Shown one piece after another: positions 28,426-41,954 of a stretch of 64,000 nucleotides of DNA; position 1 is the first letter of the stretch, and the number at the start of each line of letters is the position of its first letter. Location of the stretch: NCBI GenBank assembly GCA_951406725.2, contig OX597821.1, positions 83,514,001 to 83,578,000 on the forward strand, read 5' to 3'. Under the pieces are notes generated by a model that had not been told where the DNA came from, did not search any database, and saw only the letters and a list, made by a program, of their open reading frames with translations. The position numbers and the translations under genes are program-made. The stretch is from Octopus vulgaris (lineage: Eukaryota).

Positions 28426-29810
28426 ATGAGCTCTTTTCAGTTTCTGCCTTCCGAATACACTCACAAGCCTTTGATCAGCTCAGGGCTACTGTAAAAGATT
28501 ACTCGTGTAAGGTGCCATACAATGAGAATGAACTTGTGGTTCAAAGGCAAGCTTCTTAACCATACATTCATGCTTGCACCTGAATATAGATAAATAAAAT
28601 AGATAAATAAAAACAGATGGTTATGGCTGTTCCATTTTGGATAGTAGTAGGTCTACTTATCCATTTCTATTAATGTTTGTTTTTATGTTCAGTTTTGAAG
28701 AAGGGAGCTATTTGATTATATTTTGAGTACATAATTGGTACTTATTTCATCGACCCTGAAAGAATGAAAAACAAAGTCAACCTTGGTGGAATTTGAACTC
28801 AGAACGTACAGGTGGATGAAATACTGTTGAGCATTTTCCCCAGCTTGCCACCGTCATGTTCAATTATAAAAACCATTTTACATTAATCTGATGGGTTACT
28901 CTATACTTTTGTAGAGTACGAATTTATTATTTTTAAACAAGAATGCTGTTGACAGTGACTTCAAAGTTTTGGCTAGCTAAGCCTTTGTTGGACCTTATTT
29001 ACTTCTCTAGATATCATCTTCATTAATTAGTTCTAGGAAGAGGGACAATGCCCATAACCTTTTCAGGACTTCCTATGCTGAGGAAATCATTGCTGTTGAT
29101 GTTTAATTTGTATCAATTTTTGAGAAGTAAATACAAACAGGGAAACGTTTTAGACATTAGCAATCCTGACGAAGAAGCAGGTAACTAATACCTACTACAT
29201 CTATTCAAACAAGCAAAATCCACAATACTAAAACCATCAAGTGGTCTATTCATAGCTGTATGACTACTGGATGTAAAGTACTACCTACAACACCTGGAGG
29301 AAGTCACCCACCATCATCAGCTGAGAAGTGTTTACTTAACACTGAAATGTCAGCAAAAAATGCCCTCGTGCATCACATATGGTCTGCAAGCTTCCTGTCT
29401 ACAAAACTGCAGTTGAATCTTCTAGTCTCTTGCCAAGCGAGTCCATATTAATTTTGCAGAATTCCCTCATCTGCTACTGAAGATGCCCTGAAAATGCCAC
29501 TCTCGTTAATAAAAATCACAAAATTTTCTCTGCTTTGCTTTCAGCTTCATACTGCACACATTCCTTGGCCTGGCTCTCTGTTGATTACAACGAGTGTTCC
29601 AGTTGATACAATCAGCCAAACAATCTACTTGTGAAGTTAACATGCAAGTGGCTGAGCACTTCACATAAACACGTACCTATAACACAATTCTCAGGGAGAT
29701 TAGGCATGACACAGAGGGTGACAAGGCTGGCCCTTTGAATTACAGGTGTGACTGGAACAACGAGAAATAAAATGTCTCGTTCAAGGACACAACATACTGC
29801 CAGAAATTGA

Positions 29811-30209
29811 ACTCTTTTACTTGTTTCAGTCATTTGACTGCTGCCATGCTGGAGCACTGCCTTTAGTCGAGCAAATCAACCCCAGGACTTATTCTGTGTA
29901 AGCCTAGTACTTATTCTATCGGTCTCTTTTGCTGAACTGCCAAGTTACGGGGACGTAAACACACAAGTATCGGTTGTCAAGCGATGTTGGGGGGGACAAA
30001 CATAGACACACAAACATATATACATACACATATATATACATATATACGACGGTCTTCTTTCAGTTTCCGTCTACCAAATCCACTCACAAGGCTTTGGTCG
30101 GCCCGAGGCTATAGTAGAAGACACTTGCCCAAGGTGCCACGCAGTGGGACTGAACCCGGAACCATGTGTTTGGTAAACAAGCTACTTACCTCACAGCCAC
30201 TCCTGCGCC
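29811..30209 (-). mobile_element. SINE family B
   Basis: Full-length match; adjoins an older SINE at 29575-29810. Confidence 0.85.
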
Positions 30210-31158
30210 TAACTTTACAATCCTGAGTTGTATACCCCTAACTACTAAGCTGCATGCCTTCACTACACATGCACACAAAAGCACAACATAACTCTTCCCA
30301 AATTCTTCTTCACCCCTCCAATCACACACTACAATGTACATACAGTAAAGGACCAAGTGCAAAGAAACTTCTTCCATCACTCCAAACCCACAGGAACTAC
30401 CCCTTCGATTGCCCCCTATACGTGCACACCATAGCAACTTCCTATTCCCACCAAACTCCTTCATGTCATTCCCTCTGAATAGCAATACGACTCACTCCAT
30501 CCGGCAGACTGCTGATGCATTCTCAAAATGAGCAACCTCTTCAATCTTGTCAACTCCCAACTTAATATTTCAAACACCTCAAAAGGGATGGAAGCAGAAG
30601 TACACAACAACAACCATCAGCAGCAGCACCATCATCCCCACCATTCCCTCCTCTCTCTCCCCATGGACACCAGTCCAGTTTCCATAAAGTCAGATCTACT
30701 ATAGACTTATTATACACCCTGTTGCATGCAGAGAAATCTACAATGAAGGGGTCTTGTTACTCTTTACAATATCATGGCATCCCCTGTGTCTAAGAACCCC
30801 CTAAGATGTTTATCAGGGTTTCATTTGACTTTCATCTTTTGAATTGGGAATTTTCTCTCAGACCAATTCATTGCAGTGTGGACAATGGGGTTCTTTCTAA
30901 ACACAGGATTCGAAGAATTGTCTGAGCATCAGATAAGATGCCTGCAGTATATAACCTAGGCTCAAAACTCACCGTGGCCAGCTTTATCTTCTAGCTGTAA
31001 TGTTAAGAAGTTTGCTTCCAAACCATATGGTTTCAGGTTCAGTCCCACAGTGTGGCACTTTGACCAAGTATTTTCCACAATAGACCTGGGCCAACCAAAG
31101 TCTTGCGAGTGTATTTTGGTCAACAAAAACTGAAAGAAGCTAGTTGTATATGTGTGTC

Positions 31159-31202
<44 letters not shown>

Positions 31203-31204
31203 GA

Positions 31205-31207
31205 GAC

Positions 31208-31283
<76 letters not shown>

Positions 31284-31330
31284 GGATAGATAGATAGATA
31301 GACAGACAAACAGACAGATGGATAGACAGA
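31205..31330. repeat. (GATA)n microsatellite
   Basis: Directly visible. Confidence 0.95.
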
Positions 31331-31366
31331 TATCAACACACAAACACACACGCACATATGTATATA

Positions 31367-32657
31367 TCAGGTCATCCCATAAGTTCTGTCTGATTTAAAC
31401 ATTTTAAAAATTGAATGAAATTTAATAGTATTTTAAAATGTCTAATGGAATTAAAAATTATTCTTATGCATTTGTGTACACCTAAACTAATTAAATATTA
31501 TTTTACAGAATAATAGAATTAAAATTTCTTTGATTAAAACCCTTTCTAACATGGAAGTATCCAAAGAGCATTTAAGGCACATAATGCTTTATGAATACAA
31601 AAAAAGGAAACTCTGCAGCTGAAGCGACTCGAAACATACACTCAGTTTATGGGGAAAAATGCTTGAATGAAAGAATTTGCAGAAGATGGTTTGCAAAATT
31701 CAGAAGTAGAGATTTCAGCCTTGAACATGAAGATCGAACAGGACGTCCAGTTGAGTTTGATGATAAGCTCTTTGAGGCATTACTTGAAGAAAATCCTGCA
31801 TTATCAGTTGAAGAATTGGCAATAAAGCTTAGTTCAAACCATACAACTGTTCATCATCATCTTCAACAACTTGGAAAGGATCCTAAACTTGGAAAATGGG
31901 TGCCTCATGAATTGTCTGAAAGCAACCGTAAATCCCAAGTTGACATTTGCTCTTCTCTTCATTCTTGCGAACTTATTTCACCCTTTTTGGATAGAATTGT
32001 GACTGGTGAAGAAAAATAGATCTTCTGTCAAAATGTTAAACGTCGTAAACAGTGGCTTGGTAAAAGGGAAAAAGCTCAACCATAACCGAGAAGGAACCTT
32101 CATGGAAAAAAGACTCTTCTCTCGCTCTGGTGGGATTGCAAAGGAGTAATTCACTTTGAATTATTACCACCTAATGCAACAATCAATGCTCAAGTCTACT
32201 GTCAGCAATTAGAGCGTTTGAACAAAGCTTTGAAGAAAAAAAAAGACCCGCTTTAGTGAATCGAAAAGGAGTGATGTTTCGTCAGAACAATGCGCGACCC
32301 TACACTGCAAAGATCACATCACAGAAGATCGAAGAGCTTGGTGGGGAAAAAATTCCTAATCCACCTTATTCTCCTGACCTTGCTCCTTCAGACTACAATT
32401 TGTTTTGTAGTTTACAGAATCATTTGGGGGACATAACTTTCGCAGGCCAGGAGGAGATCAAAACTGACATTTCAGAGTTTTTCACTTTGAAACCAAAAGT
32501 GTTTTACATTGATGGGATTAAAAATCTTGTAAATAGATGGAAGGAAATCATAGATAATCAGGAAAAGTACATTGATGATTAAATTTCAATTAAATATAAT
32601 ATTTGATCACTTGTTTTCTTTATTCAAAATCCGGACAGAACTTATGGGATGACCTGA
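31367..32657 (+). mobile_element. Full-length mariner (Tc1/mariner, D,D34D) DNA transposon, inactive
   Basis: TIRs tcaggtcatcccataagttctgtctgattt / aaatccggacagaacttatgggatgacctga, TA on both sides, length 1291 bp, internal transposase remnant. Confidence 0.96.
31551..32582 (+). pseudogene. Mariner transposase pseudogene (frameshifts and stops)
   Basis: MEVSKEHLRHIMLYEYKK/GNSAAEATRNI HTH region, WVPHEL, RIVTGEEK* (normally TGDEKW), QNNARPY (normally HDNARPH), YSPDLAPSDY. Frameshifts lie in A-runs near 31600 and 32240. Confidence 0.95.
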
Positions 32658-32688
32658 TATCTATATCTATATATATATATATATATAT

Positions 32689-33094
32689 ACTCTTTTACTT
32701 GTTTCAGTCATTTGACTGCGGCCATGCTGGAGCACCACCTTTAATCGAGCAACTCGACCCCGGGACTTATTCTTTTGTAAGCCCAGTACTTATTCTATCG
32801 GTCTCTTTTGCCGAACCGCTAAGTGACGGGGACGTAAACACACCAGCATCGGTTGTCAAGCAATGCTAGGGGGACAAACACAGACACACAAACACATACA
32901 CACACATACATACATATATATACATATATATGACAGGCTTCTTTCAGTTTCCGTCTACCAAATCCACTCACAAGGCATTGGTCGGCCCTGGGGCTATAGC
33001 AGAAGACACTTGCCCAAGATGCCACGCAGTGGGATTGAACCCGGAACCATGTGGTTGGTTAGCAAGCTACTTACCACACAGCCACTCCTGCGCC
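32689..33094 (-). mobile_element. SINE family B (young)
   Basis: Full-length match, next to the mariner right end. Confidence 0.88.
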
Positions 33095-34130
33095 TATATA
33101 CAGTGACTTGTGAGTGAATTCGCAGATGGAAACTCTATGGAATCCCACTATGTACATATATGTGTGCATTTGTTTGTTTGCTTGTTTCTATGTTTGTCTC
33201 CCCCCACCTCACTGCTTGTTGGTTTGTTTATGTCCCTATAATTTAGCAGTGCAGCATACAAGACTGATAGAATAAGTACCAAACTTAAAGAATAAGCACT
33301 AGTGTCAGTTTGTTGAACTAAAAATCCTTTCAATGCCAAGCTCCAGCATGGCCATAGTTCACTGATTAAAACAAGTAAAAGCTTAAAGAAAAGACACCAG
33401 TTATATTTATTATTAAAAAATGACACTGAATTATTTGAGATTTCAAAAAACTCCAAGTTTCTTGTTCACAGACAATATTTGACCTCTTTTAAACAAGGTC
33501 TACGTCTACAAGGTCGGCATGAATTGTGTGATACGGAGAGAAAGTTAGCCATGCAGTTGACAGGTCAAGACTATCCGTCATGAATTAGAGATAGACATTG
33601 ATTTTTGTCACATTTCTATCTAACCAGAGGAGTGGGGCAGACTGGAGCGGTTGTTGCTGTTGGTGGTGGTGGTGAGGAGTGTTATGTTTCCGTGTGATTC
33701 AGAAGAAATACTTTGGTTCTTGATATTCTTCCAATCAATAGACTGTGAAAAAGCATTTGGTTGCCTGAGCACCACTAGGCCTATTAATTTCAGATGTTCA
33801 CTGAGTTTTTCCATTGGTTGACCAGTTCTACTAATTTACCTTAGTCAGCATTTCTTGCATTCCAATTGCTATAGCCACCCACCCTGGCTTCTGGAAGTTT
33901 CAGCATGAATTTTTTTGTGTGTTAGCTTATTTTTCTCGTTTTTTTTTAATTATTATATATATATATAATTTTTGCAACACTTTATACTCAGCAAAAATTA
34001 ATTGATTAATTAATATATCGCTAAGTGTACACACACACACACACAAACACATACGCACACACACACACACAGAGGCATATAATATATAATGTTGATGTCA
34101 TAAAAATTTATAAACTTCAAGAGGATACGA

Positions 34131-34275
34131 AATAATTCTATTTCGGAATGTTGGATCTTGAAGCTGATAAACTATAAATAATAATAAGTAGAAAGGATTT
34201 TTGCAGCCCAATATTTACACGCTATTATTTATAGCTTATCAGTTTCAAAATCCAACATTCCAAAATAGAATTATT
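34131..34275. repeat. Inverted repeat (53-bp arms, 39-bp spacer)
   Basis: aataattctatttcggaatgttggatcttgaagctgataaactataaataata / tattatttatagcttatcagtttcaaaatccaacattccaaaatagaattatt. Confidence 0.85.
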
Positions 34276-34365
34276 ACATATATATTTATATATATAAATA
34301 TTATTTTACTTTTTTCAGTCATATACACACATATATACAGATATTATGTTGCATATTTGTGTGTT

Positions 34366-34413
<48 letters not shown>

Positions 34414-36771
34414 ATTAAAATCACCACTCTCAAGTCCCCACCATCAATGATATTTCTAATACTATCATAATAATGATGATGATGATGATAATGTCACTTT
34501 CTCATTTTACTATCTATACAATGCTTTCATTTTCCTTTTTCAAGAATTGTATAGAATGTATTTTATGTCTAAGCAGATTGTGAATGCTTTGGTGTAAGTA
34601 AGGCTCTGATATTTCTGTTCATATTTTCATCAAATTGTATCAAATATATTTTGGATTTCTTCTGAAAGATTTATCAGTTTTTGATTCCCTTATTATATCA
34701 GTTACCCTTTGACATGATACTTTTATTTTTAACTGATATTGTTGTGTCAAACACCTAAATACACACACACACACGTTTTTTTGTTTTTTTTTGCCAAAAT
34801 TCCATCTTCCAAATTCTTTCCACTTGCATGCATCACAAGTTTCTTATATAGGCATAAGACCTGGAATGTGGGTGATAATGATGGTGGGAGTGATATCACT
34901 GACCCCTAATACTTAACTGGTGCTTATATCTTATTGACTCCAGAAGGATGAAGTTGACCTCAATGGTATTTGAACTCAAAACATAAAGCGCCAGAACAAA
35001 TGTTACAAGACATCTCTTTTTGACAGTCTAATGATTGCACCGTTCTTGCATGCTATATGATAAATATAGAAATAAAACAGAAAAAAAAGGAGGCGGGTAT
35101 ATGAAGGAGACAGATGAAGAGTTGATGATCACAAAATAAATAAAAGAATAAATGAATATAAAGAAAAACAGAAAGGAAAGAAAATAGAATAAATAAATAA
35201 AAGGAAATGATAGGAAGGGAAAAAGGAGAGGAATTTGATTGGTCAGACATGTATATCAGAATGAGGCTGAAGTTCAGCAGAGTAAGGAGTTGTTAAATTT
35301 TAAAATAAATAAAATAAAGTTTTAAAATTTGTTTCATTTATATGTTTTTTTTTCTATGCTGTAATCTGTTAAGAATATTGTTGCTGTTTATAGTTTCCAA
35401 TCGGTCAGTCACTTGTTTGCTGCTTTCTGATAGTGAAAGTAACAAAGGGGTTGTTTATGACATGTTTTGTAGTGATGTTTATAAATACTGCCAATATATG
35501 ATGACAGATGCAAACATGCATGCTTGCACACATACACATATAGCCTGGACTTCTGCACAATTTCCTTCTATCAAATTCCACTCACAAGGGTTCTTGTTTG
35601 GCATCCTTTACCATTGTCTCAGGATGGCCAATAGCCAATTCAAAGCAACAGAAGGAGACATTTTAGCCAAGATGCTACAAAGTGGGACCAAATCTAACAT
35701 GGTTGCTTGGTGAGCTTCACCTTCCACTCATTTTCCACAAATGATTTTTTGTTGTATCTTAAGAGGGTCATTATGCCAATAATAAACACAAGCACTGGTT
35801 CTGTTTCACTTCTTTATTAGTCAATTGGTTAATCATTTAACCAATTCACTAATTGATTGTTTGACTGTTCAGTAAATCAACCAATTGGCTAGGTTTGCCA
35901 ACCTCATCAAAGATATGCTGTCTTTCTCTCTCTCTCTCTCTTTCTCTCTATTCCAGGTATACTCCATAAGTTACCAAAAAATGGAAAGCTTTATCTAGGT
36001 AAGGGACTTATGAGAAATTTATAGGGGATTCATGAGTTTTATAAGGGACAGGTAATAAACAGAATGATAAATATAAATATAAAGAACAGTTCAAATGAGA
36101 GATCAAAACTACAGCCATTATCATTAGTTCCAAGCAATTTCAATCTGTTCATGCAAAGTTTCATAGGAGAAATTCATTTTGTTTTACACCTGTGAAAATA
36201 TACCTGTTTATCATGATGAATAAACTTTCTGTTAGAAGCGCAAGAGTTTAATATTCACACAGAATAAGCTTGACTACAAAATGAATATGAAACTTGAGCT
36301 GTATGTGTGTATGTGAATGTGCATGCATGCATGTGTATGTGTGTGTCCATGCATATATATGTGAATGTTGATGATATTCTATGGCTTTGCTTGAATGATA
36401 AGATGAATGATGTTTACATTCTTGGTTTAAACAGACAATAAAACAGGTTGCCCAGTGTTTTCAAAGATCTTTGAAATAAAAGAAATAATCCCATTTATGA
36501 AAAACAGGTAGAAGTTAGAAGCAGAAAGAGCACCCAACCATAAAATCTTGCATCATCAAATACTTCTCTGTCGAAACCTATACTAGCATGGAAAAACATG
36601 TTGAAGAAGATGCAGGCGTGGCTATGTGCTAAGAACCTTGCTTTCCAACCACATTGTTTCAGGTTCAATCCCACAGTGTGGCACCTTTGGCAAGTGTCTT
36701 CTACTATAGCCTCGGGCCAAACAATGCCTTGTGAGTGGATCTGCTAGACAGAAACTGAAAGAAACCTGTCA

Positions 36772-36809
<38 letters not shown>

Positions 36810-36900
36810 TAATCCAAACGGGAAAACAGAAAAAACAACAACACGTGGAACAATTACAGTATTATTATTATTAGGTGCTCAGGAAAATGGAAGAAGGATG

Positions 36901-36935
36901 GTATGACGTTTCGAGCGGAGCTCTTCGTCGGAAAC
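36901..36935 (-). ncRNA. Minimal hammerhead-like motif (U4>C variant), Penelope-pLTR type
   Basis: Minus strand: gttt CCGACGA a gagc tcc gctc GAAA c g TC atac; loopless stem III with acgt palindrome. Confidence 0.5.
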
Positions 36936-37609
36936 ATAGGAGAAAGAAAGATCCCGAGACGGGAGGACAGAGGAAAAAAATTGCAGGTAGTCTTCACGAG
37001 GTCACATACTAAAAAGACGGAAGTGGTAAAAAAGGAGGAAAATGTTTTTTAAAAACAGGAGAGCTGAATCAAAGAGGGAATGGTAAAAAAGGGGTGCGAT
37101 ATGACAATGGTGTGTGTGTGAGTGTGTGCGTGTGTGTGTATGTGTGTGTATGGTGGACAGTGGCTAGTAGCAGGCAGTAGTAGAATTAAAGGAGTGGTGT
37201 GGGGGTACCCTAGCAAGTCAGAAAGGCAAATCAGAAACAGGGAGGTATGTGTGTGTGCGTGTGTATGTATGTGTGAGTGTGTGCGTGTGCGTGTGTGTAT
37301 GTGTGTGTGAGGTGAGATAAAAAAACAAAAAATATGTATATGTTAGTGCGTGCAGGGCAAACGGATGACATAGCAAGTGTCCAGTGTGCATAGTTGTGTG
37401 TATGGCAAGTAAATTTGAAGTGTGTGTAAGTGTAATGTATATATATATGCAACATTATATATATACATATACATTATATATATACATATATATATATATA
37501 CATATATAATGTATATATATATATATATATATATATACTTATGTGTATCTTTGAGTTTGTCCCCCCACTCCCATGATCGTTTGACAACCGATGTTGGTGT
37601 GCTTGTGTG

Positions 37610-37656
<47 letters not shown>

Positions 37657-38004
37657 CCCAGTAGTTTACCCTATTAAGTTCATCCAGAGGTCCAGGCTAT
37701 CAGATAGATGGTAATCTGGAGATTATCTGTTGTATTAAACACATGCCTGCAAATCCCCAAATATCTGCAGAGTCTCTACACTTACAATGAAGAAGAATGA
37801 AGTATTTGAGTACTTTTATGTCACAAATTTATAGCTGCATCATCAAAAACTGATCTCATGAACATTACTATATTACTATGCAATAATATGGATCAATGAC
37901 CGTGTGTATTATAGTATAATAATGAAGTAATTATTAGATGAATTTTTCCTGAAAAAATTGTAAATGTATGAATATATATATTATATACATACATATATAT
38001 ATAA

Positions 38005-38053
<49 letters not shown>

Positions 38054-38076
38054 TCATTTAACGTCCATATTCCATG

Positions 38077-38110
<34 letters not shown>

Positions 38111-38571
38111 GAGAGAGAGAGAGAGAGAGAGAGAAACAAAGAGAGAAAGTGGGTGAGGGTCTTGCCTTTCAGATACTTGGTGATCTCACCAGTGCTGGTG
38201 CCACATAAAAAGCACCCAGTACATTCTGTAAAATGGTTGTTATTAGAAAGGGCCCCTAACTGTAAACACTATGCCAAAACAGACATTAGAACTTAGTGCA
38301 GCCCTCTGGCTTGTCTACTCAACTTGAACAGTGCAACCCATGTGAGTATGGAAAAAAAAATCAGAGTTAAATGATAATAATGATATACATATATTGTTGT
38401 ATTTAGGAAAAGCACACAGATGTTTGCTCCAATTTGCTAGCAGTGTTCACGGAAAGTAAAAGTTTTAAAACCCAGATGTATAAGAAGAGTCAAATTCCAC
38501 CCATGTTAAAATGCATGTATCATCATCATCATCGTCATCATTATTATTGTCATCACCAATTTAATATTTAC

Positions 38572-38717
38572 TCTTGGGTTGGACAATAACATGCTGGAGG
38601 AAGAGTTTTTTATAGTCTGATACATTTTCTGTTGCTAACTCCCAGCAGTTTCCGAGTGCGATAATAATCTCCCAGTATATCAGACAACAAACAGCCCAGA
38701 CATGTTTATGTGGAAGA
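38572..38717 (-). other. Candidate exon of an unidentified minus-strand transcript
   Basis: Acceptor atcatttgtttccag, donor aga|gtaaat, one open frame LPHKHVWAVCCLIYWEIIIALGNCWELATENVSDYKKLFLQHVIVQPK; no recognised homology. Confidence 0.25.
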
Positions 38718-38774
38718 CTGGAAACAAATGATACAGAAACATGCTTTTTTTTTTGTTTACAAACATTGCACAAT

Positions 38775-39178
38775 GGCACAGGAGTGGCTGTGTGGTAAGT
38801 AGCTTGTTTACCAACCACATAGTTCCGGGTTCAGTCCCATTGCGTGGCACCTTGGGCAAGTGTCTTCTACTATAGCCTCGGGCTGACCAAAGCCTTGTGA
38901 GTGGATTTGGTAGACGGAAACTGAAAGAAGCCCGTCGTATATATGTATATATATATGCGTGTGTGTGTCTGTGTTTGTTCCCCTAGCATTGCTTGACAAC
39001 CGATGCTGGTGTGTTTACGTCCCCGTCACTTAGCGGTTCGGCAAAAGAGACCGATAGAATAAGTACTGGGCTTACAAAAGAATAAGTCCCGGGGTCGAGT
39101 TGCTCGTCTAAAGGTGATGCTCCAGCATGGCCGCAGTCAAATGACTGAAACAAGTAAAAGAGTAAAAGAGTAAAAGAA
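38775..39178 (+). mobile_element. SINE family B (young)
   Basis: Full-length match with (gtaaaaga)3 tail. Confidence 0.88.
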
Positions 39179-39549
39179 TATTGCAAGACATGTCAAAAAT
39201 CCTGGATGTGCTTCTGTAGCAGACTGCACGCAAATGACACTGTTAGTGAAGTCATTGTTTACAATGAGCAAGCAACAAGGCAAATATGAAACACACACAC
39301 AATTCATTCAATTTTCATCTCACAAATCCACTCCCAAACTTCTGCTATAGGCTCAGAGCTATACAACATGCTTGCCCAAGGTGCCATATGCTAGGACTAA
39401 CTCTGAAACCACATCATTGAGAAGCAAACTTCTTAAACCCACAGTCATACTTGTGACTATATATGTAGCCTCAGTGTGTGTGTGTGCACACATGCACATA
39501 TATATATTCTTTTCTACTCTAGGCACAAGGCCCGAAATTATGGGGGAGC

Positions 39550-39925
39550 AAGCGGTGAGCTGGCAGAATCATTAGCACACTGGGTGAAATACTTAGCGGT
39601 ATTTCATTTGCCATTACGTTAAGAGTTCAAATTCTGCCGAGGTCAAATTTGCCTTTTATCCTCTGGGGGTCGATAAATTAAGTACCAGTTGTATACTGGG
39701 GTCGATCTAATTGACTGGACCCTTCCCCAATAGTTTCGGGTCTTGTGCCTAGAATAGAAAAGATTACATTCCGAGTTCAAATTCCACCAAAGTCGACTTT
39801 GCCTTTCATCCTTTCGGGGTTGATTAATTAAGTACCAGTTACGCACTGGGGTTGATATAACTGACTTAATCCCTGTGTCTGTCCTTGTTTGTCCCCTCTA
39901 TGTTTAGCACCCTGTGGGCAATATA
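39550..39925 (+). mobile_element. SINE family C, full copy plus a second 5'-truncated copy
   Basis: Core gcctttcatcctttcggggtcgataaattaagtaccag repeated at about 39650 and 39800. Confidence 0.78.
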
Positions 39926-40000
39926 AAAAAAATATATATATATTGTCAGTGGATCATATATCCGAAAAAGAAGCACACACTCTAAAACAGAGAACAGTAA

Positions 40001-40139
40001 TGTATTTATGTGCTATTAAAAATATGTGTACAGTCATAGTGTGACCAATGGTTTCACATCCATAAAGTGCTTAACTTTACGGATGCAAAACTATTGGTGA
40101 CTCTATGACATGACATATATTTAATTGCATGTAAGTACA
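40001..40139. repeat. Imperfect palindrome (about 65-bp arms, 7-nt loop)
   Basis: gtcatagtgtgaccaatggtttcacatccataaag-tgcttaa-ctttacggatgcaaaactattggtgactctatgac, extending outward on both sides. Confidence 0.8.
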
Positions 40140-40357
40140 CATACACACACCATATTTGATGGCATATAAGACAGTCTTTTCCCAAAGAAAGTATTTCAAA
40201 GAAGAAAGTAATTCATGTCTTATACGTGAAATTGCTTTAAATATTTCATGCTTTAATGCACTAAAAAAATTTTTCCTTTAAAATGCACTACTGAAATTGG
40301 GGTGTGTCTAATATGCTCATGCAATTTTTATGCCATCAAAAAATATAGTGTGTGTGT

Positions 40358-40432
<75 letters not shown>

Positions 40433-40920
40433 GCCTTTTACTCGTTCCAGTTATTTAACTACAGCCATGCTTGGGCAATGCTTTGAAATGTCTAGTTGGG
40501 CAAATTAGCTCGGTAGTTACTTTTGTTTTTGTTTAAATTCAGTATTCATGGCATTGGTCTATTTTGCTAAACCCTTAAGTTACAGGGACATAAACAAATC
40601 GACACCAGCTATTAAGCTGTGTAGGGACAAATCCAGTCCAAACATACACACACACATGCACATATACATACAACGGGCATCCTTCAGTTTCCGTCTTCCA
40701 AATCTACTCAGGCCTTTGGTTGGCTTGAGAACCCAGAACCCTGTGGATGGGAAGCAAGCTTCTTGCCACACACACATGTATGTATGTATGTATGTATGCA
40801 TGCATGTATGTATGTATGTATCTATCTATCTACATATATACGTATATGTATATATGTGTGTGTGTGTGTGTGTATATATATATGTGTATGTGTGTGGGTG
40901 TGTGTGTACATATATATATA

Positions 40921-41222
40921 TCACCGTGACCGACCAGGCCATCAGATGTTGTTACACATTGCTGGTCACAATGCGCTTCGCATTGTTTTAGCCTTTAAAT
41001 GACGCCACCCCGCTGGCTAAGCGAGCAGGCCAACAGAAGAAAGAGTGAGAGAAAGTTGTGGCGAAAGAACACAGCAGGGATCACCCCCCCCCCCTGCTGG
41101 AGCCTCGTGGAGCTTTAGGTGTTTTCGCTCAATGAACACTCACAACGCCCGGTCTGGGAATCGAAACCGCGATCCTACGACCGCGAGTCCGCTGCCCTAA
41201 CCACTAGGCCATTGCGCCTTCA
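40921..41222 (-). mobile_element. tRNA-derived SINE family D (young, CpG-rich)
   Basis: Minus-strand head aggcgcaatggcctagtggttagggcagcggactcgcggtcgtaggatcgcggtttcgattcccagaccggg (clear box A and box B) followed by a non-tRNA body. Confidence 0.8.
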
Positions 41223-41954
41223 CACATATGATGATGATGATGATGATATATATGATGGACTTTTGACAGTTTCTGTTGATCAAATTATCTCCCAAAGCAT
41301 TGATTGCCACAGGGCTACAGTAGAAAACACTTGCCCAAGGTGCCATGCAATGGGACTGAACCTGAAACCACATGATCAGAAAGTGAGCTTCTAAACCACA
41401 CAGCCATACCTACACCGACCCAATCTGCTTACACTGAAACAATTTTAGGGGTCATAGGTCCTATGAAGAATGTACAGATCTAACAATGGAAAGATTTTTT
41501 TTTTTTTGACATATGTGAATCTGAATTGCTTTGATGCAGTCAGGGACTTGTTTGTTCTCCTGTCCTGTTGGTCAGGAAAAAGGTGAAAAAGACAAACATA
41601 AACACAGTGAGGAAACTGGTGATTGTGGTGTTTGTGGTTGTGATGGTTGGTTTTTATTGTTGTTATAGAGTAATCTTTAAAACAACTCTTGATATTTATC
41701 TTCAATTATCATGAAAGGAATAACAAAAAAAAACAACCCAAAAACATTGGAAATAAGATTCATAAAGGATAACTTTGTGTGCCATCAAGGGAGGTGTTCT
41801 GACATTTTAGGGAAGGACCTCTTACAAAGGAATGGGAAATGTTTCAGAAAGCTGTGAATGAACTTCAGGAACTAGTTTATATATTTACTGGTCAACATCC
41901 AGGATAAATCATCAAAGAGTCGCAAATTGGTGCATGGGAAATACGAATTAGAGC

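Noticed and set aside
41150-41222. tRNA gene on the minus strand
   Set aside because: Acceptor stem does not close and the sequence continues into a SINE body
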